A stretch of DNA of 64,000 nt, taken from Candidatus Acidiferrales bacterium (lineage in GTDB: Bacteria > Acidobacteriota > Terriglobia > Acidiferrales > UBA7541). The DNA lies in NCBI GenBank assembly GCA_035945715.1, contig DASYZX010000020.1, positions 129,622 to 193,621 on the forward strand, read 5' to 3'. Below the pieces are notes generated by a model, which saw nothing but the letters and a program-made list of their open reading frames with translations, searched no databases and was not told where the DNA came from. Each line of letters starts with the position of its first letter. The stretch's first letter is position 1. Below are positions 1 through 11,741 of the stretch, piece after piece. Position numbers and translations under genes: made by a program.

Positions 1-65
1 CCGATCTCGACGTTGCCGCGACCGAGCAGCTCAATCAAGACCGCGGCACTCCTTTGCATCTTTCG

Positions 66-1013
66 CTATAATTTGCGTCCCGGCCGAATTGGATCCGGCA
101 TGAAGTAGCCCGAGTCCTGCGGCAGTCCCGCGCGTTCAAATTGAATGGTCGTATGTGTGATGTGGAACTGTTCGTTTAATCGCGCGCGAATCGCCGCGAG
201 AATCTTTTCGCTTTCTTCCATGTGCATGTCGGGGATGCACACGTGGCAGGAGAGAGCTTGCAGTTCCGCGCCAATCGTCCAGACGTGGATGTCGTGAACC
301 TCTTCCACACCCTGCACCTCGAGAATCGCATGCGCCACATTTCCAAGCTGCATATTTCGCGGCAAACCCTCCAGCAAGATGTGGCTGCTTTCGCGCAAAA
401 TTCCGACCGCACTCCACAACACCATCACGCCGATCGCGATTCCGATGACCGGATCTACCCAAGCAACGCCGGTCCATCGCATTGCCATCGCTCCGATGAT
501 GATGGCGACATTGGAAAGGGCATCGCCAAAATTGTGAATCAGGATGCTGCGCAGATTCAGGTCTTTTCGGTCGCGCACCAGCCCGAGCGTGATTCCGCCA
601 TTCACGAAGAGCGCGAACACCGCAACTGCAACCATCCATCCGGTGCGAACGCTGAGGGGCCGCAGCAACCGCTCGTAGGATTCGAAAAGAATGTACAGTG
701 CCACCAGAACCAGCAGGATCGCGTTGACGAACGCGGCGAGCACTCCCGCCCGTTGATACCCGTACGTTTTTTCCGGCGTCGGCGGCCGCACGGCCCAGCG
801 AGCGGCAGTCCACGAAATCAAAATCGTCGGCAGATCGGTCAGATTGTGAACGCCGTCGCTGACGAGCGCGATGGAATGGCCCAGCGTCCCGGCAGCAAAC
901 TCAACAACGACCAGCGCCAGCGTCGCGAACATCGCGCCGCCCAGAACGCCGGACGATCCCGCGCCGTGACTGTGCGAGTGGCCTTGACCATGATTAGGAT
1001 CGTGGAAATGCAT
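66..1013 (-). CDS. Cation diffusion facilitator (CDF) divalent-metal efflux transporter, CzcD/ZitB-like
   Basis: 315-aa ORF. His-rich N-terminus (HGQGHSHSHG). Multiple hydrophobic helices with 'DGVHNLTD' and 'HNFGDALSN' metal-site motifs. C-terminal cytoplasmic domain 'EVHDIHVWTIG'. Confidence 0.9.
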   Translation of the reverse strand: MHFHDPNHGQGHSHSHGAGSSGVLGGAMFATLALVVVEFAAGTLGHSIALVSDGVHNLTDLPTILISWTAARWAVRPPTPEKTYGYQRAGVLAAFVNAILLVLVALYILFESYERLLRPLSVRTGWMVAVAVFALFVNGGITLGLVRDRKDLNLRSILIHNFGDALSNVAIIIGAMAMRWTGVAWVDPVIGIAIGVMVLWSAVGILRESSHILLEGLPRNMQLGNVAHAILEVQGVEEVHDIHVWTIGAELQALSCHVCIPDMHMEESEKILAAIRARLNEQFHITHTTIQFERAGLPQDSGYFMPDPIRPGRKL

Positions 1014-1217
1014 AAGGAAATTCTACCTGTCCGCAACCAACCAGGCGAAATTATCCTGTCCGCGCGTTGCTGGATTCCGCACGGAATTTGCCAAGCTCAC
1101 CACCTCGACACGTCGCGGAACATCACATTTGACTTCGGCCAACACCAACCCTAATCTGTTTTTACCGTATCGGGGGCGGGAATTTTCGGAGCACAGAGTC
1201 CATTTAAAACCCCTTCC

Positions 1218-2408
1218 ATGCATCCAAACAGCGCGAAAGTGCACTTCTGGGGGGTACGCGGTTCCATTCCGACGTTGGATCGCGGAATGTGGCGCTACGG
1301 CGGAAATACGCCCTGCCTCGATTTGATCGCTCCGGACGGAACACGCTTTGTTCTCGACTGCGGCACGGGCCTCCGGACACTCGGCAACCAATGGGCGAAC
1401 ACCGAGGGCGACCGCCCAATTCAAGCGCACGTCTTCGTGACCCATTACCATTGGGACCATATTCAAGGCGTTCCATTTTTCCGGCCGTTCTATGCGCCGC
1501 AGAACGATTTTCACTTTTACAGTTTCCAATCGAAATATTTGGGACGCGACAGTTTGCGGCAAGTGCTCGAAGCGCAGCTCGCCCGTCCGTATTTTCCGGT
1601 GGATCTCACGCTGATGCCGTCGGGCCGCAGTTTCTCGGAAATTAATGGCGGAGATCACTTCGACATCAACGGCACAAAAGTGATCGCGCGATGGCTCAAC
1701 CATCCGCAAGGCTGCCTGGGATATCGCTTCGAAACTTCTGCCGGAACGATCGTCTACGCAACGGACAATGAACCCGGGGTTCCCGAGTTCGACGAAAACC
1801 TGCGGCAGCTCGCTTCCGGCGCCGACGTTCTCATCAATGACGCGCAGTGCTCGCCCGAACAGCTGGCGTCGTCGCGAAAAGGATGGGGACATTCGAGCTG
1901 GCTCGAAAGTGTGAAACTTGCCCGCGAATGCGGCGTGAAAAATCTTGTCCTCTTTCACCACGACCCGGACTCGAACGATCGCGTCGTGGACGGCTATTTG
2001 TATGCGGCGCGGCAGGAATTCCCGAATACCTGGGCGGCGACGGATGGAATGGGACTGTCGCTCCACGGCAACCGCACGGACTTTCACCTGCGCCCTTCGC
2101 GGCTGGGCCAGCGCCGGCCAGTCCACTTTTCGGCGACCGTCAGCGGGCAATCGCGCGACGGAGCGCGCTTCCAGGAATACGCGGTGCTGAAAGAAATGAA
2201 TCTTCGCGGCGGATATTTGTGGCTCTCGCATTCGCCGCAACTGCAATCGCAGATGGACATCCGGGTGGACTGCGGAACGGCGGAACATCCGAATCATTTG
2301 GTGCTGCGTGCTTCGGTGGTTCACTGCGACGTAGGATCCGAAAAAGACCGCGTTGGCGTGGGTGTGGTGTTCGTGGACGAAACGGAAACGGCGCTTCCAT
2401 TCGACTGA
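1218..2408 (+). CDS. MBL-fold metallo-hydrolase fused to a C-terminal PilZ-like domain
   Basis: N-terminal ~290 aa has the metallo-beta-lactamase signature 'THYHWDHIQG' and 'LFHHDPD'. C-terminal ~100 aa has 'RLGQRRPVHF' (RxxxR) followed by a beta-rich segment 'LKEMNLRGGYLW...VGVGVVFVDE' resembling PilZ. Confidence 0.8.
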   Translation: MHPNSAKVHFWGVRGSIPTLDRGMWRYGGNTPCLDLIAPDGTRFVLDCGTGLRTLGNQWANTEGDRPIQAHVFVTHYHWDHIQGVPFFRPFYAPQNDFHFYSFQSKYLGRDSLRQVLEAQLARPYFPVDLTLMPSGRSFSEINGGDHFDINGTKVIARWLNHPQGCLGYRFETSAGTIVYATDNEPGVPEFDENLRQLASGADVLINDAQCSPEQLASSRKGWGHSSWLESVKLARECGVKNLVLFHHDPDSNDRVVDGYLYAARQEFPNTWAATDGMGLSLHGNRTDFHLRPSRLGQRRPVHFSATVSGQSRDGARFQEYAVLKEMNLRGGYLWLSHSPQLQSQMDIRVDCGTAEHPNHLVLRASVVHCDVGSEKDRVGVGVVFVDETETALPFD

Positions 2409-2425
2409 ACGCCGGGCGCAAAACT

Positions 2426-2776
2426 TCACGGTTTCAGCCCTGCAATCTCATGCATGCGCGCGAAGGCGCGGCGCACGTGCGGAATCGCGATCGAGCCGCC
2501 CACAACCAGCGCGACATTGAGCGCGTCGATCACTTCGTCGCGTTTCCATCCTTCCTGCGCGCACTGCTGCAAGTGATAAGTGACGCAATCGTCGCAGCGC
2601 AGCACCGCGGACGCGACCAAACCAAGCAGCTCTTTCGTTTTTCCGGGGAGCGCGCCAGACTCGTACGCCTGATGGTCGAGCGCAAAAAACCGTTTCATTC
2701 CTAAATGACCGCAGCCGAGTATTTCCTCGTTCATTTCTGCGCGAAATTTGTCGAAATCCGAAATTTTGTCCGCCAT
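2426..2776 (-). CDS. Carboxymuconolactone decarboxylase (AhpD-like) family protein
   Basis: Motif 'LRCDDCVTYHLQQC' (CxxC of the CMD/AhpD fold). Start moved to the internal ATG at 2776, preceded by GGGAGG. The upstream 20 codons of the track ORF look non-coding. Confidence 0.8.
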   Translation of the reverse strand: MADKISDFDKFRAEMNEEILGCGHLGMKRFFALDHQAYESGALPGKTKELLGLVASAVLRCDDCVTYHLQQCAQEGWKRDEVIDALNVALVVGGSIAIPHVRRAFARMHEIAGLKP

Positions 2777-2869
2777 GCCGGCCTCCCGCCACAAATAAAA
2801 AATTACCTGCTGAAACAACGCTGCCATTATGCGCAAACCGGCCAGCGGCGCGCCAGTCTGCGGGAGCTT

Positions 2870-3244
2870 CTATCCGAGCGAGCGACGCTTGCGAAATCGC
2901 TCGGCGTAAATGCCCAGATTGGAAGCGCACACGAGGACGGCGACGGTGATCAGCAGCGCCGGCGATACATTCGGATACACGGTGGCGTCCAAACAGTGAA
3001 GCAGGAACGGCCCGTGGTACGGAGCGAGGCGGGCGCGGGCTTCGCACCAGTTTTCTGCCAGGGTGAGCGGGCACGACGCGGAAGTCGTCTCGGCGATAAT
3101 GCCCCAAACAATCGTAGCGATGTGAACGGCCGCGAGCCGCGGCCGGCCGCGCGTGAAAATCGCGCCGAAAATCACCCAAAGAATGTAGAGTGCGTGAACA
3201 ATCAGCGCCGTGTCGGCCAAAATAAGATAGGTTTCCCGACTCAT
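2870..3244 (-). CDS. DUF2784-type small integral membrane protein
   Basis: Sequence from the internal Met ('MSRETYLILADTALIVHALYILWVIFG...CPLTLAENW') matches the DUF2784 pattern as I recall it. The 75 upstream codons of the track ORF are not protein-like. Confidence 0.7.
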   Translation of the reverse strand: MSRETYLILADTALIVHALYILWVIFGAIFTRGRPRLAAVHIATIVWGIIAETTSASCPLTLAENWCEARARLAPYHGPFLLHCLDATVYPNVSPALLITVAVLVCASNLGIYAERFRKRRSLG

Positions 3245-3790
3245 GTGGATGCCTTCGCGTGATTCTAGCCCGAGCCACGGCGCGCCAGAGGGTGTCCGAA
3301 AGCGGACGGCTAGTTCTTCTAAAAGCAGAAAGTTCCGCGATTGGAACTGACCTCGGCCGTATTTATAACAGAATGGCAAGTGATTCGAGGGATCCGGCTT
3401 TATGCAGTTCGCAAAACTTCGTACCGCCGCGCACGGGATGGAAAAAGGACACAAAACGAGGGCACCCAAGGGTGACTAACATGGGAAACCTGGTCGTTTC
3501 CCTCTCCGTTTCGGACCCCGGCGACTTTCAGGAGGAGAACGAGTCCGTCTTGCCCGGGAAATCCCGGCTTCGCTTCGGCCATGGATAAGATCGTAAATCC
3601 ATAAGCGTTCTTGGCAGCCACATCGCCCATGCCATTTCCGTATTCAGCCAGTTCCAGGGCCGTTTGAAACCTAGACGGTCGGGGATTTCCGGTGTAAACG
3701 GACGGCGCGGCTTGACCGACGGGAGGAAACAGGCTAAGAAAGAATGCGAGCCCGGGTTGCCGTAGTTTCGCGCCTGAGGCCAAGCTACCA

Positions 3791-6079
<2,289 letters not shown>

Positions 6080-6165
6080 GACGTTCCGGTAGCGGCGACA
6101 GGGGCAAGCAGGTCTCGCACACGAGTCGCGAAGGACGCGACTCGGTTCAGGATGACAAACGAAGA

Positions 6166-7017
6166 ATGAATGTGCGCGATATCGACGTGACGCTGGTGCA
6201 TGAGTGGGAAGAGGGGCGGATTCGTGCGCAGCAGGATTATCTGGTCGGCGAGGAGCCGCTCGAGATTCAAGTCGGCGGGCAGCCGCTGAGCGTGACGATG
6301 CGGACTCCGGGCGATGATTTGGATTTGGCGGCGGGATTTCTTTTTACCGAGGGCTTGATCGAGCGGCGCGAGCAGATTCTGTCCGTCGAACACGCAACCG
6401 AGTGCAAAGCGACGGAGCGCGGGAATATTGTCGACGTGAAAGTTTCGGCAGACGTGGCGCTGGATCTGGGGAAGACGCGGCGCAATTTTTTTGCGGCGTC
6501 GAGTTGCGGGATTTGCGGGAAAGCTTCAATTGATGCGGTTCGCGCGCGGGGCGTGCGTCCTCTTAAGGCGGATTTTCGCGTCAGTGCGGAACTGATCTGC
6601 CGTTTGCCCGAAGCGCTGCGCGCACAACAGCAGATTTTCGGGCGCACCGGCGGGTTGCACGCGGCCGGTGCATTCACCGCGAATGGCGAGCTGGTCGCGG
6701 AGCGCGAGGACGTTGGACGGCATAACGCGGTGGACAAAATTGTGGGATGGGCGCTGCGCGAAGGCAAGTTGCCGCTTTCGGAGTGCGTTCTGATGGTGAG
6801 CGGCCGCGGCGGATTCGAAATCGTGCAGAAGGCCGCGATGGCGGGCGTGCCGGTGGTCGCTTCGGTCTCGGCGTGTTCGAGCCTGGCGGTGCAGTTCGCG
6901 CGAGAAATGGGAATGACGCTGATTGGGTTTTTGCGGGACAGGCGGTTCGTTGTGTATTCGGGGAGCGAGCGTCTGGGCATGGCTCGAGAGGCAACTTCGC
7001 GGCCGGCCAAATTGTAA
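6166..7017 (+). CDS. fdhD: Formate dehydrogenase accessory sulfurtransferase FdhD
   Basis: 283 aa with the conserved 'SSCGICGKASI' cysteine loop and 'GRHNAVDK' motif. Confidence 0.92.
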   Translation: MNVRDIDVTLVHEWEEGRIRAQQDYLVGEEPLEIQVGGQPLSVTMRTPGDDLDLAAGFLFTEGLIERREQILSVEHATECKATERGNIVDVKVSADVALDLGKTRRNFFAASSCGICGKASIDAVRARGVRPLKADFRVSAELICRLPEALRAQQQIFGRTGGLHAAGAFTANGELVAEREDVGRHNAVDKIVGWALREGKLPLSECVLMVSGRGGFEIVQKAAMAGVPVVASVSACSSLAVQFAREMGMTLIGFLRDRRFVVYSGSERLGMAREATSRPAKL

Positions 7018-7122
7018 AGGTTGCGGAAGCAGGTGAGGGCAAGTCGGGGCGTCAGGCGAAGTCGGGTCAAATGAAATGCGCGGCTATCTGCCCGGATCGA
7101 GCCGCGAAATAAGGAGAGACCG

Positions 7123-8373
7123 ATGGCATCGGAACGCCTTGCAAATCGCTGGGGAATTGCCGCTGCAGCCGTGTGCATGCAGATCTGCCTGGGCGCGGTG
7201 TACGGATGGAGCGTTTTCAAAAAGCCGCTGATGGGCACGGAGCATTGGGCTGAGACGGCCGTGCAGTTGAACTTCACGCTGGCCATATTTTTTCTCGGCG
7301 TGGGAACAATCATTGGCGGACTTTGGCAGGACAAGGTCGGGCCGCGAAAAGTTGCGACGACGGCTGGAATCATTTACGGGATCGGGTACATGATTTCGGC
7401 GATGGCGGCGGGGCAGCATTCGCTGAACTTGCTCTATCTCGGATACGGCGTGCTGACGGGCATCGGGATGGGGATGGGCTACATTTGCCCCGTGGCAACG
7501 CTGGTCAAATGGTTTCCGGATATGCGCGGGCTGATGACCGGCGTGGCCGTTTGCGGTTACGGATTTGGCGCGGCAGTGATGGGTCCGTTCGCCGCATGGG
7601 AAGTGAAGAATTACAGCGTGGCGACGACGTTCTGGACGCTGGGCGTCGTTTACCTCGTGGTTGTGGTCATCGCGGCGCAGTTTTATGCGAATCCGCCGCA
7701 GGGCTGGCGGCCGGCGGGCTGGGAGCCGCGCACGGCGGTATCGAAGTCGGCGAGCACGGTTGATTTCACGGTGGGCGAAGCGCTGGGAACATGGCAGTTC
7801 TACCTGTTGTTTGTGCTGCTGTTTTTGAACGTGTCCGCGGGAATCATGATCATCAGCCAGGCGTCGCCGATGGCCCAGGAAATGGTGGGCATGACGGTGC
7901 TGAAGGCCGCGGCGATGGTGAGCGTGATTTCACTATGCAACGGGATCGGGCGCGTTTTCTGGGCGTGGGTGTCGGATTTCCTGGGGCGCGCGCGCGTTTA
8001 CTTTCTGCTGTTCCTGATTCAGGCGGCAATTTTCTTTCTGCTGCCGCGGATTCACGACTGGACGCTCTTCACCGTCTGCTTTGCAATCATCGGGCTTTGC
8101 TACGGCGGCGGGTTTGGCACGATGCCGTCGTTCACAGCCGACTTTTTTGGAGCAAAGGCCATGGGCGGGATTTACGGGATTATTTTGCTGGCGTGGGGGC
8201 TGGCGGCCATTCCCTCGCCGATTATGATTGCGCACATTCACCAGAACCTCGGGCGATACGCCCCGGCGATCAATATCATCACCGGCGTAATGGTGGTTTC
8301 GCTGATTTTCCCGATTCTGGCGCGGTGGCGTCCGGGGAAAACTGCAACGGCTGCGGTTGCCGTTACTCGTTGA
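7123..8373 (+). CDS. MFS transporter, oxalate/formate antiporter (OFA) family
   Basis: 416 aa with about 12 TM segments. N-terminal 'CMQICLGAVYGWSVFKKPL' is typical of the OFA family. Confidence 0.85.
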   Translation: MASERLANRWGIAAAAVCMQICLGAVYGWSVFKKPLMGTEHWAETAVQLNFTLAIFFLGVGTIIGGLWQDKVGPRKVATTAGIIYGIGYMISAMAAGQHSLNLLYLGYGVLTGIGMGMGYICPVATLVKWFPDMRGLMTGVAVCGYGFGAAVMGPFAAWEVKNYSVATTFWTLGVVYLVVVVIAAQFYANPPQGWRPAGWEPRTAVSKSASTVDFTVGEALGTWQFYLLFVLLFLNVSAGIMIISQASPMAQEMVGMTVLKAAAMVSVISLCNGIGRVFWAWVSDFLGRARVYFLLFLIQAAIFFLLPRIHDWTLFTVCFAIIGLCYGGGFGTMPSFTADFFGAKAMGGIYGIILLAWGLAAIPSPIMIAHIHQNLGRYAPAINIITGVMVVSLIFPILARWRPGKTATAAVAVTR

Positions 8374-8463
8374 AAAGAGGGCAGCCGGCTGCGAAATCGA
8401 AGTTCCGAGGGTTGTGCTGTCTTGGGACGGTCTTGGGATGTTCTTGAAAATAGGGCAAAACAC

Positions 8464-8967
8464 ATGAATTCCCTTTCTGCCTCAGCAAGTGTGTACGGAT
8501 TTCTGCTGGACACGTATGAAACGGAAGTCTTGAAAACCCTGACGATATGGTCGGCGTTCGCGGACGATACGATGAGTTTCAGCCCGGCAACGAAGTCGCG
8601 CACCGTGCTGGAGCAGATCGACCATCAGATCCAGTCAGAAGGCGGATGGATGGTGAAGATGCTGGGGGTCGACGTGGGAGATTTTCGGCCACAGGAAAAA
8701 ACGCGGCGTGGGTACATCGAAAAATACCGGGCGGACGCGGCGAAACGGCTCGATATTTTGCGACAGAAGCCGGAGAGCTGGTGGCGCGAAACAACGGCGT
8801 TTTTCGATGTGCAGCGGTCGCGTGCGTGGATCCTCACGCGGCGGCTGAACCACTCAACGCATCATCGAGGACAACTGGTCGTGTATCTGCGCCTGCTCAG
8901 AGCGAGAGTACCGTCCGTGTACGGACCGACGGCGGACACCAACGGAGAAGTGATCTACCAGTTCTGA
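8464..8967 (+). CDS. DinB-family protein
   Basis: Four-helix-bundle pattern with C-terminal 'LNHSTHHRGQLVVYLR'. Start set at the internal ATG 8464. Confidence 0.8.
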   Translation: MNSLSASASVYGFLLDTYETEVLKTLTIWSAFADDTMSFSPATKSRTVLEQIDHQIQSEGGWMVKMLGVDVGDFRPQEKTRRGYIEKYRADAAKRLDILRQKPESWWRETTAFFDVQRSRAWILTRRLNHSTHHRGQLVVYLRLLRARVPSVYGPTADTNGEVIYQF

Positions 8968-9024
8968 TCCCGAGATGTTTTCAGATATACTCGGCACATT
9001 CGCATCTCTTCCGGAGGCTCCACG

Positions 9025-9558
9025 ATGAAACGCGCGGCTTTGCTTTTGCTCTTTGCTGTTCCGCTTTGCGCTAACGCCCAAAATAAAAAACCACCGACCA
9101 CGCTTCGCGGCATCTTGCTCGAGCAATTGCGCACCACGCATACGCAGGAAGATTGGTTTGCACCCGCTAGCGTCGCGGTCGAAGGATTGACGGCCGAACA
9201 GGCCAAGTGGAGCCCCGGGCATGGCGGCCATTCGGTCGGCCAGCTCGCGTATCATCTTTGGTTCTGGGACGCACGATCGCTCCAGCAATTCAAAGGCGAA
9301 AAGCCCGGCGCCTACAACGGGAATAACGACGAGACTTTCACCGATTTCAACGACGCGCAATGGAATGATCTGGTGAAGAAGCTGAATCAGGTGATGAGCA
9401 ACTGGGAAACAGCAGTCGAGACCGCTGACGACGTAAAGCTGGCGGCAAACGCGTCGCTGATTGAACACGTGGCGGAACACAACGCCTATCACATCGGCCA
9501 GATTCTCTATGTCCGCAAGCTTGAGGGCGCGTGGGATCCATCGAAGGGCGTGAAATAA
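9025..9558 (+). CDS. DinB-family protein with signal peptide
   Basis: 'MKRAALLLLFAVPLCANAQ' signal peptide. DinB His triad context 'LAYHLWFWD' and 'HNAYHIGQILYVRK'. Confidence 0.85.
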   Translation: MKRAALLLLFAVPLCANAQNKKPPTTLRGILLEQLRTTHTQEDWFAPASVAVEGLTAEQAKWSPGHGGHSVGQLAYHLWFWDARSLQQFKGEKPGAYNGNNDETFTDFNDAQWNDLVKKLNQVMSNWETAVETADDVKLAANASLIEHVAEHNAYHIGQILYVRKLEGAWDPSKGVK

Positions 9559-9585
9559 AGGGCCAAACGCAAATTGCAGCGGCGG

Positions 9586-11187
9586 CTACTGCTCGACAGG
9601 TTTTCCCGGGACGGCGCGATTGCCGCCTTCGCCTTTGGCCTTGTACAGCGCTTCGTCGGCTACGCGCAGCAGTGCTGCCGCGGACGCTCCGTGCGCGGGA
9701 AATGCACTCACGCCGAGCGACAGAGCGCCGGGATTCAGAAACATGTCGCCGTATTGAATGACGATGCGGCGGAACTCACGCAGGAGCAATTCAGCGCGGC
9801 GCTCGGCTGTTTCAAGCGAAGTGTCGAGGAGAATGAGCACGAACTCGTCTCCGCCGTAGCGGCAGGCGATGTCCCCGGCGCGGACCACTCTCGCCACGAG
9901 TTCGCCGAATGAACGCAAAAGGGTGTCACCGGCCGCGTGGCCGTACGTATCGTTGAAGGCCTTGAAGTGATCCAGATCGCACATGATGATTCCCAGGTTC
10001 CGGCCGTCGCGGCTGGCGCGGTGGATTTCGCGCGGGAGCGTCTCGTCGAGATAGCGACGATTGAAGAGGCCGCTGACAGGATCGCGAATCGATTGCGCGC
10101 GGAGGCTTTCGCGCAGCCGCAGGTTGGCGAGAGCCAAACCGATGTGGCCAGCGAGAGTTTCGACAAGTTGCTGGCGCGCCGACAGCAACCTTTGCTGCAC
10201 ATCGGCTGGCTGGCTGAGTTCGTAGGGCCCGCCCTGCACGGTGAGCACCCCAAGCGTTTCGCCGGACGCTACTAAAGGCGCGCAAATCGAATTCACGGAG
10301 TTGAGGCGCGACAGATGCGGGCACAAGAGCGGCGTGGCAGGATCCGCGACGCGATGGACGTGGCCGCTGCGAAGCGCCCAGCATTCTTCGGGCGAAAAAA
10401 CCACCTCGGGCAATGGCGGCTGGCCCCACTTCACGGTAGCTTCGAGCAAGTTCACGGAGGTGTTCCATTCGAAGAGCGCGCCGGTTCCTGCGGGGAAAAG
10501 CTTTGGCAAAGACTGACTGAGGACAAGATGTGCCTCGCCCGAAGTCAGGCAGGTCTGCAGCAGCGTGCTGAGCTGCTGGACGAAATTCATTTCACGGTTG
10601 CGCTGCTCGAGGTTGCGGACCGTTTCGGAAAGCTGCCGGTTTATGCTGCGGAGCGCTTCTTCTTCGTGCTCCGGAGATTCAGTCTCACGAGCAATCGCGG
10701 CGACACCGGCGACGTAACCGGAAGGATGGCGAACCAGCGAAAGCGCAATGGCAACGGAGACTCCGATGCCTTCCCTGCGCACGCACGTTATACGGCGCAG
10801 TGGCACTCGCGAGCCGGCCGCAACGTTGCCGGCGTCACGAAGAAAGGCATTCCACTCTTCTGGAGGACAGAGCAGTGAAAAGGAGCGGTTGATCGCCTCC
10901 GCGGCAGCATAACCATAGATCCGCTCAGCGCCACTGTTCCAACTGAGAATGATGCCGTCGAGAGTCAAGCAGACAATGGCATCTTCAGCCGACTCGACGA
11001 TGGCCGCAGCCAATTCAAAGGGCCGACCCGAGGGACGAATCATGTCCGTCCCGTTTTCCACGCGCGTGGACTCGTATTGAGGGCTGTGTTCCATTCGATT
11101 TCGTGCCAGCCGGCTCGCCGCTGGCTCAAATGCTTGCGGCTCCAGGACCGATGGAGCGTTCTGCGCGGATTTGTCTAGAGAAGCCAT
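9586..11187 (-). CDS. PAS-GAF-GGDEF diguanylate cyclase
   Basis: PAS region ('DAIVCLTLDGIILSWNSGAERIYGY'), a central GAF-like region, and C-terminal 'RYGGDEFVLIL' with an RxxD I-site ('RAGD') five residues upstream. Start is ambiguous: 11187 (chosen) or 11271. Confidence 0.9.
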   Translation of the reverse strand: MASLDKSAQNAPSVLEPQAFEPAASRLARNRMEHSPQYESTRVENGTDMIRPSGRPFELAAAIVESAEDAIVCLTLDGIILSWNSGAERIYGYAAAEAINRSFSLLCPPEEWNAFLRDAGNVAAGSRVPLRRITCVRREGIGVSVAIALSLVRHPSGYVAGVAAIARETESPEHEEEALRSINRQLSETVRNLEQRNREMNFVQQLSTLLQTCLTSGEAHLVLSQSLPKLFPAGTGALFEWNTSVNLLEATVKWGQPPLPEVVFSPEECWALRSGHVHRVADPATPLLCPHLSRLNSVNSICAPLVASGETLGVLTVQGGPYELSQPADVQQRLLSARQQLVETLAGHIGLALANLRLRESLRAQSIRDPVSGLFNRRYLDETLPREIHRASRDGRNLGIIMCDLDHFKAFNDTYGHAAGDTLLRSFGELVARVVRAGDIACRYGGDEFVLILLDTSLETAERRAELLLREFRRIVIQYGDMFLNPGALSLGVSAFPAHGASAAALLRVADEALYKAKGEGGNRAVPGKPVEQ

Positions 11188-11237
11188 CGCTGCGTTTGCC
11201 CTTCGGATCGGGCTTCCAGAGATGCGGAAGCACCCGT

Positions 11238-11741
11238 TCAGCAGCCTTCTGGCATCGTTGTTGCGGCGCAACGCCGAATGCGCGAGAACAACTCTGAAAC
11301 CAGCACGTCTTTCGTCAGAAAATCGTCTGCGCCGTACCGGGCCGCGGCTTCGCGGAGCGCGTCTTCCTCCACAAGGGAGAGGAAAATCACGGTCGTCGAG
11401 GCCATTTCGGCTTTGACGCGACGCGCTCCCTCGAGACCGGCCATACCGGAAAGCGCAATGTCGACGAGAATGACGTCAGGCTTGAGCTGCCGGGACAACA
11501 GCAAAAACTCGCTTCCATTGAGCACCTCGCCGACGACTTCGAAATCCGCTTCAGAGTCGAAACGGCGGCGCATGAATTTTCTGAATTGCCGGCTCTCGTC
11601 GGCGATCAGGATTCTCAGGGGGTACGGCCTCTTGCCCTTGGTCCTGTGGGCAACCGTGCCATCGACCGACGGTTTCTCGTATTCGAAAAACAACGACTCG
11701 CTCCCTGTGCCGAGGGTACGAGAGCGGGACGAATGGAACAA
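11238..11741 (-). CDS. Stand-alone receiver (REC) response regulator
   Basis: 'LRILIADESRQFRKFM...KPDVILVDIALSGMAGLE' CheY-like receiver with no output domain. The N-terminal ~40 aa are uncertain. Confidence 0.8.
   Translation of the reverse strand: MFHSSRSRTLGTGSESLFFEYEKPSVDGTVAHRTKGKRPYPLRILIADESRQFRKFMRRRFDSEADFEVVGEVLNGSEFLLLSRQLKPDVILVDIALSGMAGLEGARRVKAEMASTTVIFLSLVEEDALREAAARYGADDFLTKDVLVSELFSRIRRCAATTMPEGC

Noticed and set aside
1-59. Possible start of a minus-strand gene (ATG at 59-57, 'MQRSAAVLIELLGRGNVEI...') running off the left edge, 6 bp after the CDF gene stop.
   Set aside because: Only ~19 codons are visible, which is too short to support coding status or any function.
3470-3790. 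320-bp divergent intergenic region upstream of the molybdoenzyme gene, examined for a Moco riboswitch or other leader RNA.
   Set aside because: I could not recognise the conserved Moco-motif elements or a stable conserved-looking fold by eye. The overlapping small ORFs (3400-3840 and 3528-3800) are not protein-like. It is left as an ordinary promoter region.
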